Below are positions 11,339 through 22,919 of a stretch of 64,000 bases of DNA, piece by piece. Positions within the stretch are counted from its first letter, which is position 1, and each line of letters begins with the position of its first letter. Below the pieces are notes generated by a model. That model searched no databases. It worked only from the letters and a program-made list of their open reading frames with translations, and was not told the DNA's origin. A program made the position numbers and the translations under genes. Origin of the DNA: Octopus sinensis (Eukaryota); contig NC_043001.1 in NCBI RefSeq assembly GCF_006345805.1, positions 117,676,001-117,740,000 of the forward strand, in the 5' to 3' direction.

Positions 11339-13272
11339 TGCAGAGCGAGGAAGTTATTTTCAGATCAGAGAGAGACTTGACTCGAATGTTTGCGACTGAG
11401 TGAACGCTAATAAAGACACTCAAGGTCCAAGTGGTGGAGTCAAAGAAGGTGGTAGATTAAGTTTATCACCAAGAAAGTTGAATAATCACTTCAAACTTCT
11501 CAACTCAGATATAGCTGAACTAAATTTTCTCTGCTTTTTCTTAACTCATTAATTTGAGACAATGAAGTCAAAATATTCTGTCACACCAAAAATACATTTC
11601 TGTTCTCAATAAAGTTTAATAGGTGGGGACATTGTTATGTAAGATCGTTAAACACTGATTTAGTGTCATGTCTTGCACCGTCTTCGAGGTGAAACATTAA
11701 ATCATGTTCTCGTTGGTCAATTTTTTTTATCTTTTCGTGTGTTATCTGTAATAGGACATAAACTATAAATAGAAATTGTGTGGAAACTTGTCGGAGGGAC
11801 CGTTCTTGTTCTTGTTCATAAGGGGTAAACTAACCTGTCGCCCGATATAATATCAGCCCTAGCCATTGGGTGCCTTTAGTGGAGTCCGTACAGTTACAAG
11901 TATTTGGATCAGATCTCTAATCTGAGGGTAATTTTTTTCCTCCATTTTTAACGGAAGCTCTGTCTAAAAAGAATGGTAGACGTTATCCTCCCTCTTCTAA
12001 CAAAGTCGTTAAAAATTACTCGAATTCATCCAATCACGCCCTGACAATATATAAAATCTTGTATCAATATAAGAAATTATTCTAAAAATAAGAAATTATT
12101 TTTAGAAAGATAGAGAAAATTACTAATATGCAGCATACAGTGTTGAATTTGTCAAAGAATAAATATATTAATTATATATTTACGCATGTATTTAAATATA
12201 CATCTTTTTAAAATGAAAAGTATCTTTCGCTGCTAGTGTATTAGACGATTTATTTTCCTTGATATGTCGGACTTCAATATTTCTTTTTTAATGTTTATTT
12301 TAGTATTTCATTTACCTTTTCTTTTCTTCTACGCTACTTTCATTATGAGTGAATTTATGTATTTTCTTTACTGTTAAGTAGCCAGTGGATTTTTCATGCA
12401 TCATCTTAGAATTAAAAATTCAAATATCATTTGCCAGATTCTTTCTTCCAGATAAATTAAGACTTTAAGGGAACAGCTTGACAACGGCAGGATTTTGAGT
12501 AATGTTCATCTCTTCGTTTATTTGTTTGTTTCTGATCCTTTAACTGAAGAAATTGGCATCGAGTTGATAAATGGTTCTTTTTTAACAAACCATTATCAGA
12601 TATTCCTCTTGATCCCTTGCCATTGTAACCTATGATAGCGAACAAAAGAAAGGAACAACAACAGTGTTCAGCATCAACAACAGCTTCGATAAAATGTATT
12701 CTTTATATTGAAATTCTCAGAGTGATGGTAACGACCGTCTATGATTTACATCAACCCTAAGAAGTTATCGCCAATTTTTCCCAGAACCAAGTAGATGTCG
12801 TTATTGCATTCTGCTTTATACAAATTCACAATAGAAATTTTAGAGCTGCTGTCCATGTGGATAAATTTCCTAGAACTAAATTAGATTATACTTATTTCGG
12901 TGTAATTCATTCGACATTGAAAGTGGATGATTACTGAATTTATGTGCGTGTGTGCGTTTGTGTATGTGTGTTTATCTTTTATGATTTGTTTCAGTAAACT
13001 GACTGCAGCAAAATTTCAGTCTATCAAATCGAACCCAGTACTTGATATTTTTAAGCCTAGCATGTATTCTATCGCTTTCTTTTACCGAACTGCTAAGTTA
13101 CGGGAACATAAAAAAATAAGCGGTGGTAGGGGACAAATACAGACGCACATACACGCTCATACACTCACACGCGCGCACACATATATATTATACACACACA
13201 CATTTATATATACACACACATGTATATATATATTTATATATATATACAAACACACACACACACACACACACA

Positions 13273-13323
<51 letters not shown>

Positions 13324-14456
13324 TCAGGTCATTAAGAGTGAAATGTCCGATTTTCTTATGAACCAAGTTTGTCAGTCGTTAATTCTAATGTTTTATACAG
13401 ACAATTCTTTGTTTTACAACATTGAAGAGTTACATCATCACCTTTCGAAATGCAATTCATAGTGTTTGATCATATTGTGAGTTTTCTCTTGTAAATCAAT
13501 TTTTGTGAACCCATGGGTAGATCAAAAGTTCGTGTTGTTTATGAATATGAGTTCCGTCGTTGAACCAACGCATCCCAGACACCGCAAAACATCATTGACA
13601 TGTTTGGTGAAGAGGTGGCGAATGATCGTACTGTACATCGATGGTTTGAGAAGTTCCGGTCTGGTGACTTTACTCTTGAAAATCAACCCGTGGTAGTCTT
13701 GAGACCAAGGTGAAAAGTGATGGGCTGGAAACTGTAGACGAAGAGGATATATCTCAAACTACGCGTGAGTTTGCAGCAAATTTTGATGTTTCGATTCCAA
13801 CTGTATTGGACCATCTGAAACAAGTCGGCAAGGTTAAGAAGCTGGACAAGTGGGTACCACATGAACTGAACGAGCATCAAATGACACGTCGTCTTGAAAC
13901 TTGCTGTTCTTTACTGTCACGGCATAAAAGCGAACCATTTTCGCATCGTATTGTAACGTGTGATGAAAAATGGATTCTTTTCAACAATAGCAAGCGTTCT
14001 GCACAGTGGTTCGATAGAGACGAAGTGCCAAAACACAATATAAAAAAGAATATTCACCAAAGAACTTGCAATTAAACAACCGAAATTGGTCAATAGAAAC
14101 AACACTCGACCACATGTTGCACAAAGAATGCTACTCGAGTTACAGGAACTGAAATTGGAATTACTCTGTCATCCTCTATATTTACCACACTTTGCACCAA
14201 CTGACTATCACGTTTTCCAGGTTTTAGACAACTTTTGCGAGAAAAATGTTCAAATCTGAAGAAGATGCAAAAACGACCTTTCGTGATTTCATCACCTCTT
14301 GCTCTCCAGAATTCTTCACTGCCGGCATAAATAAACTACCGATGAAATGGCAAAATTGTGTTGATAATTTAGGTGCATAACAGAATTGCTTGTTGTTGAG
14401 ATAAGGTAAAATAAAATTTCAGTTCAAAATCGGACAATTCATTCTTAATGACCTGA
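13324..14456 (+). mobile_element. Mariner element with defective transposase (remnant about 13513-14380)
   Basis: TIRs TCAGGTCATTAAGA.TGAA.TGTCCGATTTT at both ends, TA TSD at 13322-13323 and 14457-14458; HTH region RTVHRWFEKFRSGDF, WVPHEL, IVTCDEKW, APTDYH motifs; stops, frameshifts and internal deletions. Confidence 0.93.
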
Positions 14457-14558
14457 TACATACTCCCCCCCCCCCCCACACACATAGATAGATAGATACA
14501 TACATACATACATACATACAACATACATACATACATACATACATTCATACATACATAC

Positions 14559-14602
<44 letters not shown>

Positions 14603-14604
<2 letters not shown>

Positions 14605-15920
14605 CGGGAAGCTTTATGAAAATAAACAAAAGACGAAGGCAGGTTTACGGAAATAAACAAAAGACGAAGGCAGGTGGAATACAAACAAACAATTGTATTA
14701 GTATGGCGCTCAGGAATATAAATAAAACAAGTCTTTTACGTTTCGAGCCTACGCTCTTCAACAGAAAGATACACATATAAGAAACACAGAAAGAAGGAGA
14801 GAAAAAAATGCGTGCAGAGGCTAGCGAATTAACATGGCGATCTGATGAGATCTGATGAGATCTGATGAGATGAGGGGTGAGGGGGGAAAGGGGAGAAGAG
14901 GGGAGAAGGAAAGGGGAGAAGATGAGGGGGAAGGGGGAGAAGGAAGGAGAGTAGAAGAGGAGGGGAGAGGAGGAGGGAGGGGGAGGGAGAGGGGAGAGAG
15001 AGAAGGGGAGTGAGGGAGCAGAGAGAAAGGGGAAGAGGGAAGAAGAAAGAGGGAAGAAGGGAAGAGGAGTAGGGGTGAAAGGATGAAGGACTGAAGAGAA
15101 ATAGGGGTCGGGGGGAGGTTAGATGAGGAGGGGGAGAGTTGAGACCAAATGGCGTAAAAGAGCGAAGAGAGAAGATTAATTCCTGTTCACGGCGCAAACG
15201 GGAATCCGGATGGCCTCTGTGCAAGGACAAACCGAACACAGACAGGTGTTGTCAGGAGTGACCGGTGGAGCGGAAATGGCGTGAGACCGTGTGTCGTTGG
15301 CAAGGCGGATGTCACGGAGGTGTTCCGCGAACCGGTCAGCCAAGCGGCGTCCCGTTTGTCCGATGTACAGGAATGGCAGAGAGAGCAAGAGACGCAATAG
15401 ATAATTTGCTGGAGGTGCAGGTGAAGGAGTTGATGATGCGATAGGGTCGATGATGGGTGCCAGTGAGGAGGGTGGTGTTGGAGAGGTAAGGGCAAGTGCG
15501 GCAACGTGGGCGGGAGCAGGGGAACGAGCCAGGTTGGGAGGTAGGGTCAGGGAAGGAGCTATGGACCAAAAGGTCTCGTAGGTTATGGGCTCGTTTGAAA
15601 GAGGGGAGGGGTCGGTTAGGGAAGAGGTGTGAAGTGGACGGGTCGGACTGGAGATGACGGTAAGCTCGAAGAATGGTGCGTTGGAGAGGTAGGGTCGTGG
15701 GGTGGTAAGTGAGGGGAAAAGGGAGGCGGGAGACTACAGGGCGGGTTCGGGTAGAGAGAGCAGATGCACGGTCTACGGAACGTGCTCTGGCAAGGGCGGT
15801 GTGGATAGTAGTGAGGGGGTATCCACGTAGGATGAAGTGGTGAGCCATACGTTGAGACTGAGTCTCAAAGTCATGGTCGTCACTACAGAGCCTACGTAGA
15901 CGGAGGAATTGGGAATAGGG
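14603..15920 (-). mobile_element. 5'-truncated Penelope-like element: RT thumb, Cys linker, GIY-YIG endonuclease remnant and 3' terminal repeat
   Basis: PYSQFLRLRRLCS...FILRGYP, CSRPRCRTCPY, NSFTCTSS, YIGQTGRRLADRFAEHLRDIR, REQELIFSLRSFTPFGLN across frameshifted ORFs (about 15130-15920); hammerhead motif in the 3' region; ends at (TA)n. Confidence 0.92.
14732..14769 (-). ncRNA. Minimal hammerhead ribozyme motif with variant core CUGUUGA
   Basis: Minus strand: UCUUU CUGUUGA A GAGC GUAG GCUC GAAAC GUA AAAGA. Stem I 5 bp, stem II 4 bp, loopless palindromic stem III ACGU. Confidence 0.65.
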
Positions 15921-15924
15921 GATC

Positions 15925-16030
15925 AGTTTCTGCCTACCAAATCCAATTACAAGGCTTTGGTTGACTCGAGGTTATTCTAGAAAACACATGGACTGAAATC
16001 GGAATCATAAGGTTGGGAAGTAAACATCTT
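15925..16030 (-). mobile_element. Degenerate SINE family A fragment
   Basis: CAGTTTC...CTACCAAATCCA...ACAAGGCTTTGG matches family A. Confidence 0.55.
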
Positions 16031-16146
16031 ATCACTGAGTAAATCTATGCATATACATTAAATGCATGCATACATATATAAATACATATATACATACATA
16101 TGTACATATTTACTTATGTTTGTATGTATGTATGTATATATATATA

Positions 16147-16185
<39 letters not shown>

Positions 16186-16229
16186 CCACACATATAAGTG
16201 CATACATACATAATATATATATATACGTA

Positions 16230-16291
<62 letters not shown>

Positions 16292-16382
16292 TTAAGGTAG
16301 AAAAGTAACACACCAGTTGATAAGTATAAGGAAAATAAGATAAGGTAGAAAATGCTAAAATAATTTTATCATGTAGTACATT

Positions 16383-16419
16383 TTAGTACCGGTTTCCGAC
16401 TTTAGACTTTTTCAACTAA
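16383..16419 (-). ncRNA. Eroded copy of the U3-A8 hammerhead motif (stem II disrupted)
   Basis: UUAG UUGAAAA AGUC UAAA GUCG GAAAC CG GUA CUAA; stems I and III intact, stem II mispaired. Confidence 0.5.
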
Positions 16420-16556
16420 GAGTAAAATAAAAAAAAACCCAATTAAATTGGAGAAAAAAATTATGTGATATGCTTTGTAGATATTTCTATAGTCTTTAAA
16501 TCGGTAAATATTTTCATAGTCTTCAGATAGTCTCTCATTCTCTCTCTCTCACCCTC

Positions 16557-16597
<41 letters not shown>

Positions 16598-17520
16598 TCC
16601 TTTGTGAATGCCTTGTAGGTGGATAGTAGTAAATCTGAAGGGATAGTTTGGGTACAGAGAATTGATGGTTTAAACAGGAGAGGCCGAAAGAGAAGAAGAA
16701 GAAGAAGAAGAAGAAGAAGAAGAAAAAGAAAAAGAAGAAGAAGGTCGATGATGAGGAGAAGATTAAGGAGGAAGAGAAGTTGGGGTATAGAAAGAAGAGG
16801 GAGAAGGAGAAAGAGAAAGAAAAGAAAAACACAGGAGTGCTATGACAGTGAATTGATGGTGGAATCTTCTTTAATGGTCAAATGACCTAAAAGTGACCTG
16901 TTGTGGTCGTAGCAGTAGTGGTTGGAATTGTTCTAAATTCTTGTTGTAGTTTCATTAGTGGTGGTGGCGGCATTCAAAACAGGTTTATATTGATGCGATA
17001 AAATATGCTTCTTTGCTAATGTGCTGATTATAGGTTGCATTGTTCTTGAATTTATAGATGGGAAAAATTCTAAAGTTGGGTAGATCGTTAGTGGCGCAAA
17101 TATCGATGTGCTCGCTTAATCCTATTTTGCTGTATTCTCATATTTTAATCTGGGTTCTATGTACCGTCATCCTCTGGCGTAGACTGTTTTTAGCTTGACT
17201 AATATATTGTTCTCGACATCCTGAGCAAATTAATATATATATACTAGGTTCTCCGAAGCACATGTGAAGTTACTTTTCACTGTAAAACGTTGACCCTGTT
17301 TGAAGGAGACTTCTGGCTGCTCCTGCTTAAACTATTAATTCTCTGTATCCAAATTATTCCTTCAGATTTACTACTACCCACCTACGAGGCATTCACAAAG
17401 GAACACAGAGAGACAGACAGACTATCTGAAGTCTATGGAAATATTTGCCTATTTAAAGACTATGGAAATATCTACAAAACATTTCATTAAAATTTTTTCT
17501 CCAATTTTTTTATCTTACTC

Positions 17521-17558
17521 TTAGTTGAAAACGTCTAAAAGACGGAAACCGGTACTAA
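17521..17558 (+). ncRNA. Minimal type I hammerhead ribozyme motif with U3-A8 core
   Basis: UUAG UUGAAAA CGUC UAAAA GACG GAAAC CG GUA CUAA. Stem I UUAG/CUAA, stem II CGUC/GACG, palindromic stem III ACCGGU, predicted cleavage after A17554. Confidence 0.72.
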
Positions 17559-17669
17559 AATGTACTTCATAATAAAATTATTTTAGCATTTTCTACCTTG
17601 TCTTATTTTCCCTATATATGTGTGTATGTGTGGGGTGAGTGTTTGGGTGTGTGTGTGTTTGGGTGGGTG

Positions 17670-17807
17670 GATCAAAACAGTTTGATTCAAAATCCTTGGT
17701 ACTCTTGAGTTTCAAGGGTGTCGCTAGTATACAGCCATCAGACTCCGATAGCTGAAGACTAGCGACACACTTGAAACTCAGAGTACCATGGTCAAACTGT
17801 TTTGATC
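17670..17807. repeat. 138-bp near-palindromic foldback (MITE-like)
   Basis: GATCAAAACAGTTTGA / TCAAACTGTTTTGATC termini and GGTACTCT(T)GAGTTTCAAG.GTGTCGCTAGT pairing with ACTAGCGACAC.CTTGAAACTCAGAGTACC. Confidence 0.75.
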
Positions 17808-17956
17808 AATAAATGCGTTGAGAGCCCTTTTTTCGTTTGTCTATTCACATGTATGTATATTCACTGTATGTATATATATGTGTGTATGTGTGCGTGTACG
17901 TATGTAAATGCATGTGTGTCTCTGTGCTGTGTGTGTATGATTACATAAGCCAGACT

Positions 17957-18390
17957 GACACTCCGTCGGTTACGACGGCGATGTACCGGATGATCCGATC
18001 AACGGAACAACCTGTTCGTAAAATTAACGTGCAAGTGGTTGAGTGCTCCACAAACATGTGTACCCTTAATGTGGTTCTAAGGGAGATTTAGTATGACACA
18101 GAATATGACAAGGCTAAACCTTTGAATTACGTATCCAACTCATTTTTGCCAAATGAGTGGATTAGAGCAGTGTAAAATAGTGTCTTGCTCAAGAACACAA
18201 CGCACCGCCAGAAATCGAACTGGGAGGGTGGGTTGGGGTCCTGTTAGTTTTTGCTTCCTCAACGGCTGCACGGACTTATTCTTGGAAATGTCACTATTCT
18301 ATTATTATTATTCTTTTTTTGTTTGTTTTAGTGTTAACAATCTGGAAGGTTGGAAAGTAGCCCAATACCCTAGCCACTAAGCCACGCACC
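17957..18390 (-). mobile_element. tRNA-derived SINE family C, interrupted by a 147-bp insert (18219-18365)
   Basis: Tail ACTCCGTCGGTTACGACG matches 34745-34762; head remnant CCCTAGCCACTAAGCCACGCACC resumes after the insert. Confidence 0.8.
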
Positions 18391-18509
18391 CTAACCATGT
18401 AATTATATATACATATATAAATACATATTTATTTGTATACATACATGCACACACACACACACATTCACACAGACATACACAAACATACACACCACACACA
18501 CACACACAT

Positions 18510-18562
<53 letters not shown>

Positions 18563-18889
18563 TATACATGCAAATACAGTTACAGTCACATACACACACG
18601 CACGTGCGCGCACACGAAAAAGAGGGAAGTCATTGAAAAATTCCCACCTCACTTCTAAACTACCATCCCGGTATTGACACACACAAAAAATGAATAACTT
18701 GGGAAACTCTCTGCCCACACCCTAAAGGACACAGTTCCCATCTGCAGAACCAGCAGAGATATTGAGAACTGATTTACAAATATTAACAAATCTAGATTGC
18801 TCGGTCGCTTTAAGGCCTTGTCCTTGCACAATGTCATTGTGTCACCTGTGAAAACTCCCGAGAAAATCAGTTGTTTTTTTTTTGTGGGG

Positions 18890-19302
18890 TGGGGAGATGG
18901 TTAGACTTACAAAGAAGCCTAAGCTCTATCATTCCGTAAGATCTACCAGCATCCTTCGACTTCCTTTCAGATTCTTTCCAGGTGAGTTTGTGGTAGCACT
19001 AACAAGAGAAGCCATAAATTAGAGATTCCAGTGATACTAAAGTAGCCGAAAGTAACAGTGAAGTTTTGACAGGTAGAAAGTGGAGTGCTACAAGAGAGAT
19101 GTAGGTGGAAAAGGAACAGTTGAAGCAGAGAGTCCTTGTTGGGACTGTGGTGATAGTGTATTTAGGCTTGGGCTACTTTCTAATCTTCCAGATTGTTAAC
19201 ACTAAAACAAAAGAATAGTAATAATAGAATAGTGACATTTCCAAGAATAAGTCCGTGCAGCCGTTGAGGAAGCAAAAACTAACAGGACCCCACCCTCCCA
19301 GT
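18890..19302 (+). mobile_element. RLE-type (HERO-like) LINE coding remnant
   Basis: Broken frames give LQRSLSSI, LRLPF, RDSSDTKVAESNSEVLTGRKWSA, EAES..LVGTV...LGLGYF, VRAAVEEAK, resembling the TGRKW...GLG segment of HERO/R2-like elements; clade name from recall. Confidence 0.55.
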
Positions 19303-19445
19303 GCTCGCTGGCACTTATTTTATTGACCCCCAAAGGATGAAAAGCAAAGTCAAACTCAGCGAAATTTGAACTCAGAACGTAAAGACAGACCAAATGCCTC
19401 CAAGCATTTTGTCGTCGTGCTAACGATTCTGCCCGCTCACCGCCG
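19303..19445 (-). mobile_element. Diverged SINE family B copy
   Basis: GACCCCCAAAGGATGAAAAGCAAAGTC...GAAATTTGAACTCAGAACGT as at 4100-4313. Confidence 0.75.
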
Positions 19446-20789
19446 TTGGACAGTTGAATATATGATACATAAAACCAACATTTATAGTAATAAAAATTTG
19501 TCTTACACTAACAACGCAGTCACCTACCACAGTACAGATTAAATGAAAAGATGTATTAGCTAATGTAGTCATAAATGGTCCTAAAAGCACGGTATGGTCA
19601 GAATTGGATAACTCAATGAAGGCAACAACCAATCCATCAGTGATATACAGTACATGAGTCGTATTCATATATCTAATACAGTGCAATATTTTACTGTAAA
19701 TACATTCAACAAGTAGGCTAAGTTGTATTCAACAAGTTGGTTAAGCAAAGCACATGGCAAAATGGGAACCTACTTGAATAATTTCTTTCTTTTGTTTACT
19801 ATTATTAGAGAACATGTTTGAAACATTCACACATGACTGACAGTAATATTGTACAAAGATTTTATGAACAATCTGTTAGTGATATAAATAATGGAAAGCT
19901 TTCCACAAAGCGTGTATTTATCCTCCTCTTCATCATCATCATCATCATCATCATCAATACACCTATCATTTGCCAGACTGGCTGAATCATCAGTGCCTTG
20001 CAGTATTTGTTCCACCACTTTTAGTTTTGAGTTCAAATCTCGCTGAGATCATCTTTGTCTTTCATTCCTCCAGGGTTGATAAAATAAAATGTGGGATTAG
20101 TACCGGTGTCGATTTAATCTACTCACTACTACTTCAATTTTTTTTTGTGCCAATATTAAAAACAATCGTTATCATTATTATTAAAGGATGGGAGATCGAA
20201 TGACAATCATCAGAACGTCGAGAAAAAGTCTTACACTATTTATTTCAATTTTTTACATCAATTCAGACCTCACCGCGGTCATTTTTGTATTGAATTTCTT
20301 CGGAGTCAATAAAATAAAGTACCAGTCAGCTACTGAGGCAGATATAATCTCACCCATAATTTCAAGCTTTGGACTATGTTAAAAACAATTAACTTTTCAC
20401 TTTGCACGAACACACTTGTTTGAATACAACTCAATTACTATGACAATAAAAAAAGATAAGGAACAAGTGCCGTCAATGGTTTTGACAGATGCATCAAGTT
20501 GTAAAGTTCTTTTATTTATTTATCATTATTTCATTTATCATTCAGTACTGTTGCGACTTATTGTTTCTTTTGTCGGAAGTCAAAAAAAGAAAAGAAAAAG
20601 AAATAAAGGAAACAACACTAATAATTACTAAATACAACGACACACACACATACACACGCACACATACACACACGCGCACATGCGCAAACACTCGCATACG
20701 CATACAAGAAAAGAATGTTGTTTATAGTATATAACTACATGTGAATATGGATATGGTTTGTGTATGTGTGTGTGTGTGTGTGTGTGTGC

Positions 20790-20845
<56 letters not shown>

Positions 20846-21607
20846 AGTGTGAGTGAGTGTGTGTGTGCGTGTGTGTCTGTCTGTCTGTGATATAGCTGGG
20901 ACAGATGTTAGAAAATCAATTGGCAAGAGGAAAACAATTTACTCGACGAAGTGTAACTTCAAGCCTGGCTGGGTTAGGGTGGAGGGTGGGACAAACTGGT
21001 GGTGGGTGAGAACAATAAAGTATAGGAAAAATAATTAAGGAGGGAAAATAAATAATTTAAATAAATATATAAAATAAATTAAAATGTCAACCTAGTCTTA
21101 CGACGATACGCATTGAACCATAGTGCTAAATGATCTTGCTTAATATACACACACATACACACATTACAGAAATATGCTTAACGTATATGCATGCATACAA
21201 AAATACAGAGAGATGTATAGACGGACAGATAAATAGGCATTGATATATACATTTGAGTTAATGTTCATGTGTATTCATACGTATATTTAGAACTTGATTC
21301 ATTATCAGTTCATACAGATGCTCACACACAGACACACTATGACATATATGCGTGTAATACTTGACATGCAAACACATAGCTGTTTCATACATATTATAGT
21401 GTCATGCACAAGTCCATCTCCATCTGTTACAGATAAACGTTACTGTCTCCATTACATGAGGAAGGAAATCAGTGAGGAATGGCGAGATGGGGAAACAATA
21501 GAGGTGGTGAGTGTAAATCAACTAATGGACTAAGAGATCAAGATCAAGCACTATTCTACTACGTTAAGTGGACGATGCAATCTCGTACTCACCCGCGTTC
21601 ACTTCAT

Positions 21608-21638
<31 letters not shown>

Positions 21639-22255
21639 TATATATACACACACACCTACACCCACACGTACACATGCATACATGTTGTTAGATTATCATA
21701 ACTGAGTGTGAGGATGTGTATATGTGTGTGTGTGTGAATACATACATAGATGTATGTCTGTATATATTTATGTACTATGTATGCATGTATGTAGGTCTAC
21801 TAGTGCATGACCTGTTGTTCTAGCCTGGTATAAAGTAAAACTTTGCTTCATTGAAATATAGGTGCATATGCAAAGGAGAATTACGTAAAAAAAGGTAAAA
21901 CAATAAAGAAACATTTAATTGGTCGAAATATGTATCAGTTTTTAACTGTTTTTGTTCCTATATACAACATATACAGCAATTCACAAACTACGAGGCCTCT
22001 TGTCACTGTCGCAGTGTATATTTTCATAGAACACATTGCCATTGCAATGCTCAACAACCTTATATTAAGATTAATATACTTTGCTTCTGATGTTTGTCTC
22101 TAAAGAGTGAATTTATTTAGCGAAGCTGTGAAGCAACATAAAAACGACTGTAGGAAAATAATTATTCAGTTGCTTTTAGTGAAATGATTAAATGGAAGAA
22201 ACTGGGGTGGACAGTGCTTCTGAATCGCCAAGATTAATTTGCATTGGTTACTAGT

Positions 22256-22919
<664 letters not shown>

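Larger units (their letters stand above)
16325..17617 (-). mobile_element. Second Penelope-like element: GIY-YIG remnant (about 16970-17312) between long inverted terminal repeats (about 16325-16685 and 17310-17617)
   Basis: Minus-strand translation SFKQGQRFTVKSNFTCASENLVY..CSGCREQYISQAKNSLRQRMTVHRTQI...LSEHIDIC...FRIFPIYK...KEAYFI; the arms align as reverse complements over about 300 bp. Confidence 0.88.

Noticed and set aside
12180-12900. Protein-looking minus-strand frame (RHLLGSGKNWR..LLRVDVNH...)
   Set aside because: About 11 stops in roughly 200 codons is near random for this composition and I recognise no motif; TBLASTX would be needed.
17748-17790. CTGAAGA...GAAACTCAGAGTA inside the foldback
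   Set aside because: Stem III is possible, but stems I and II do not pair, and the opposite arm lacks the core.
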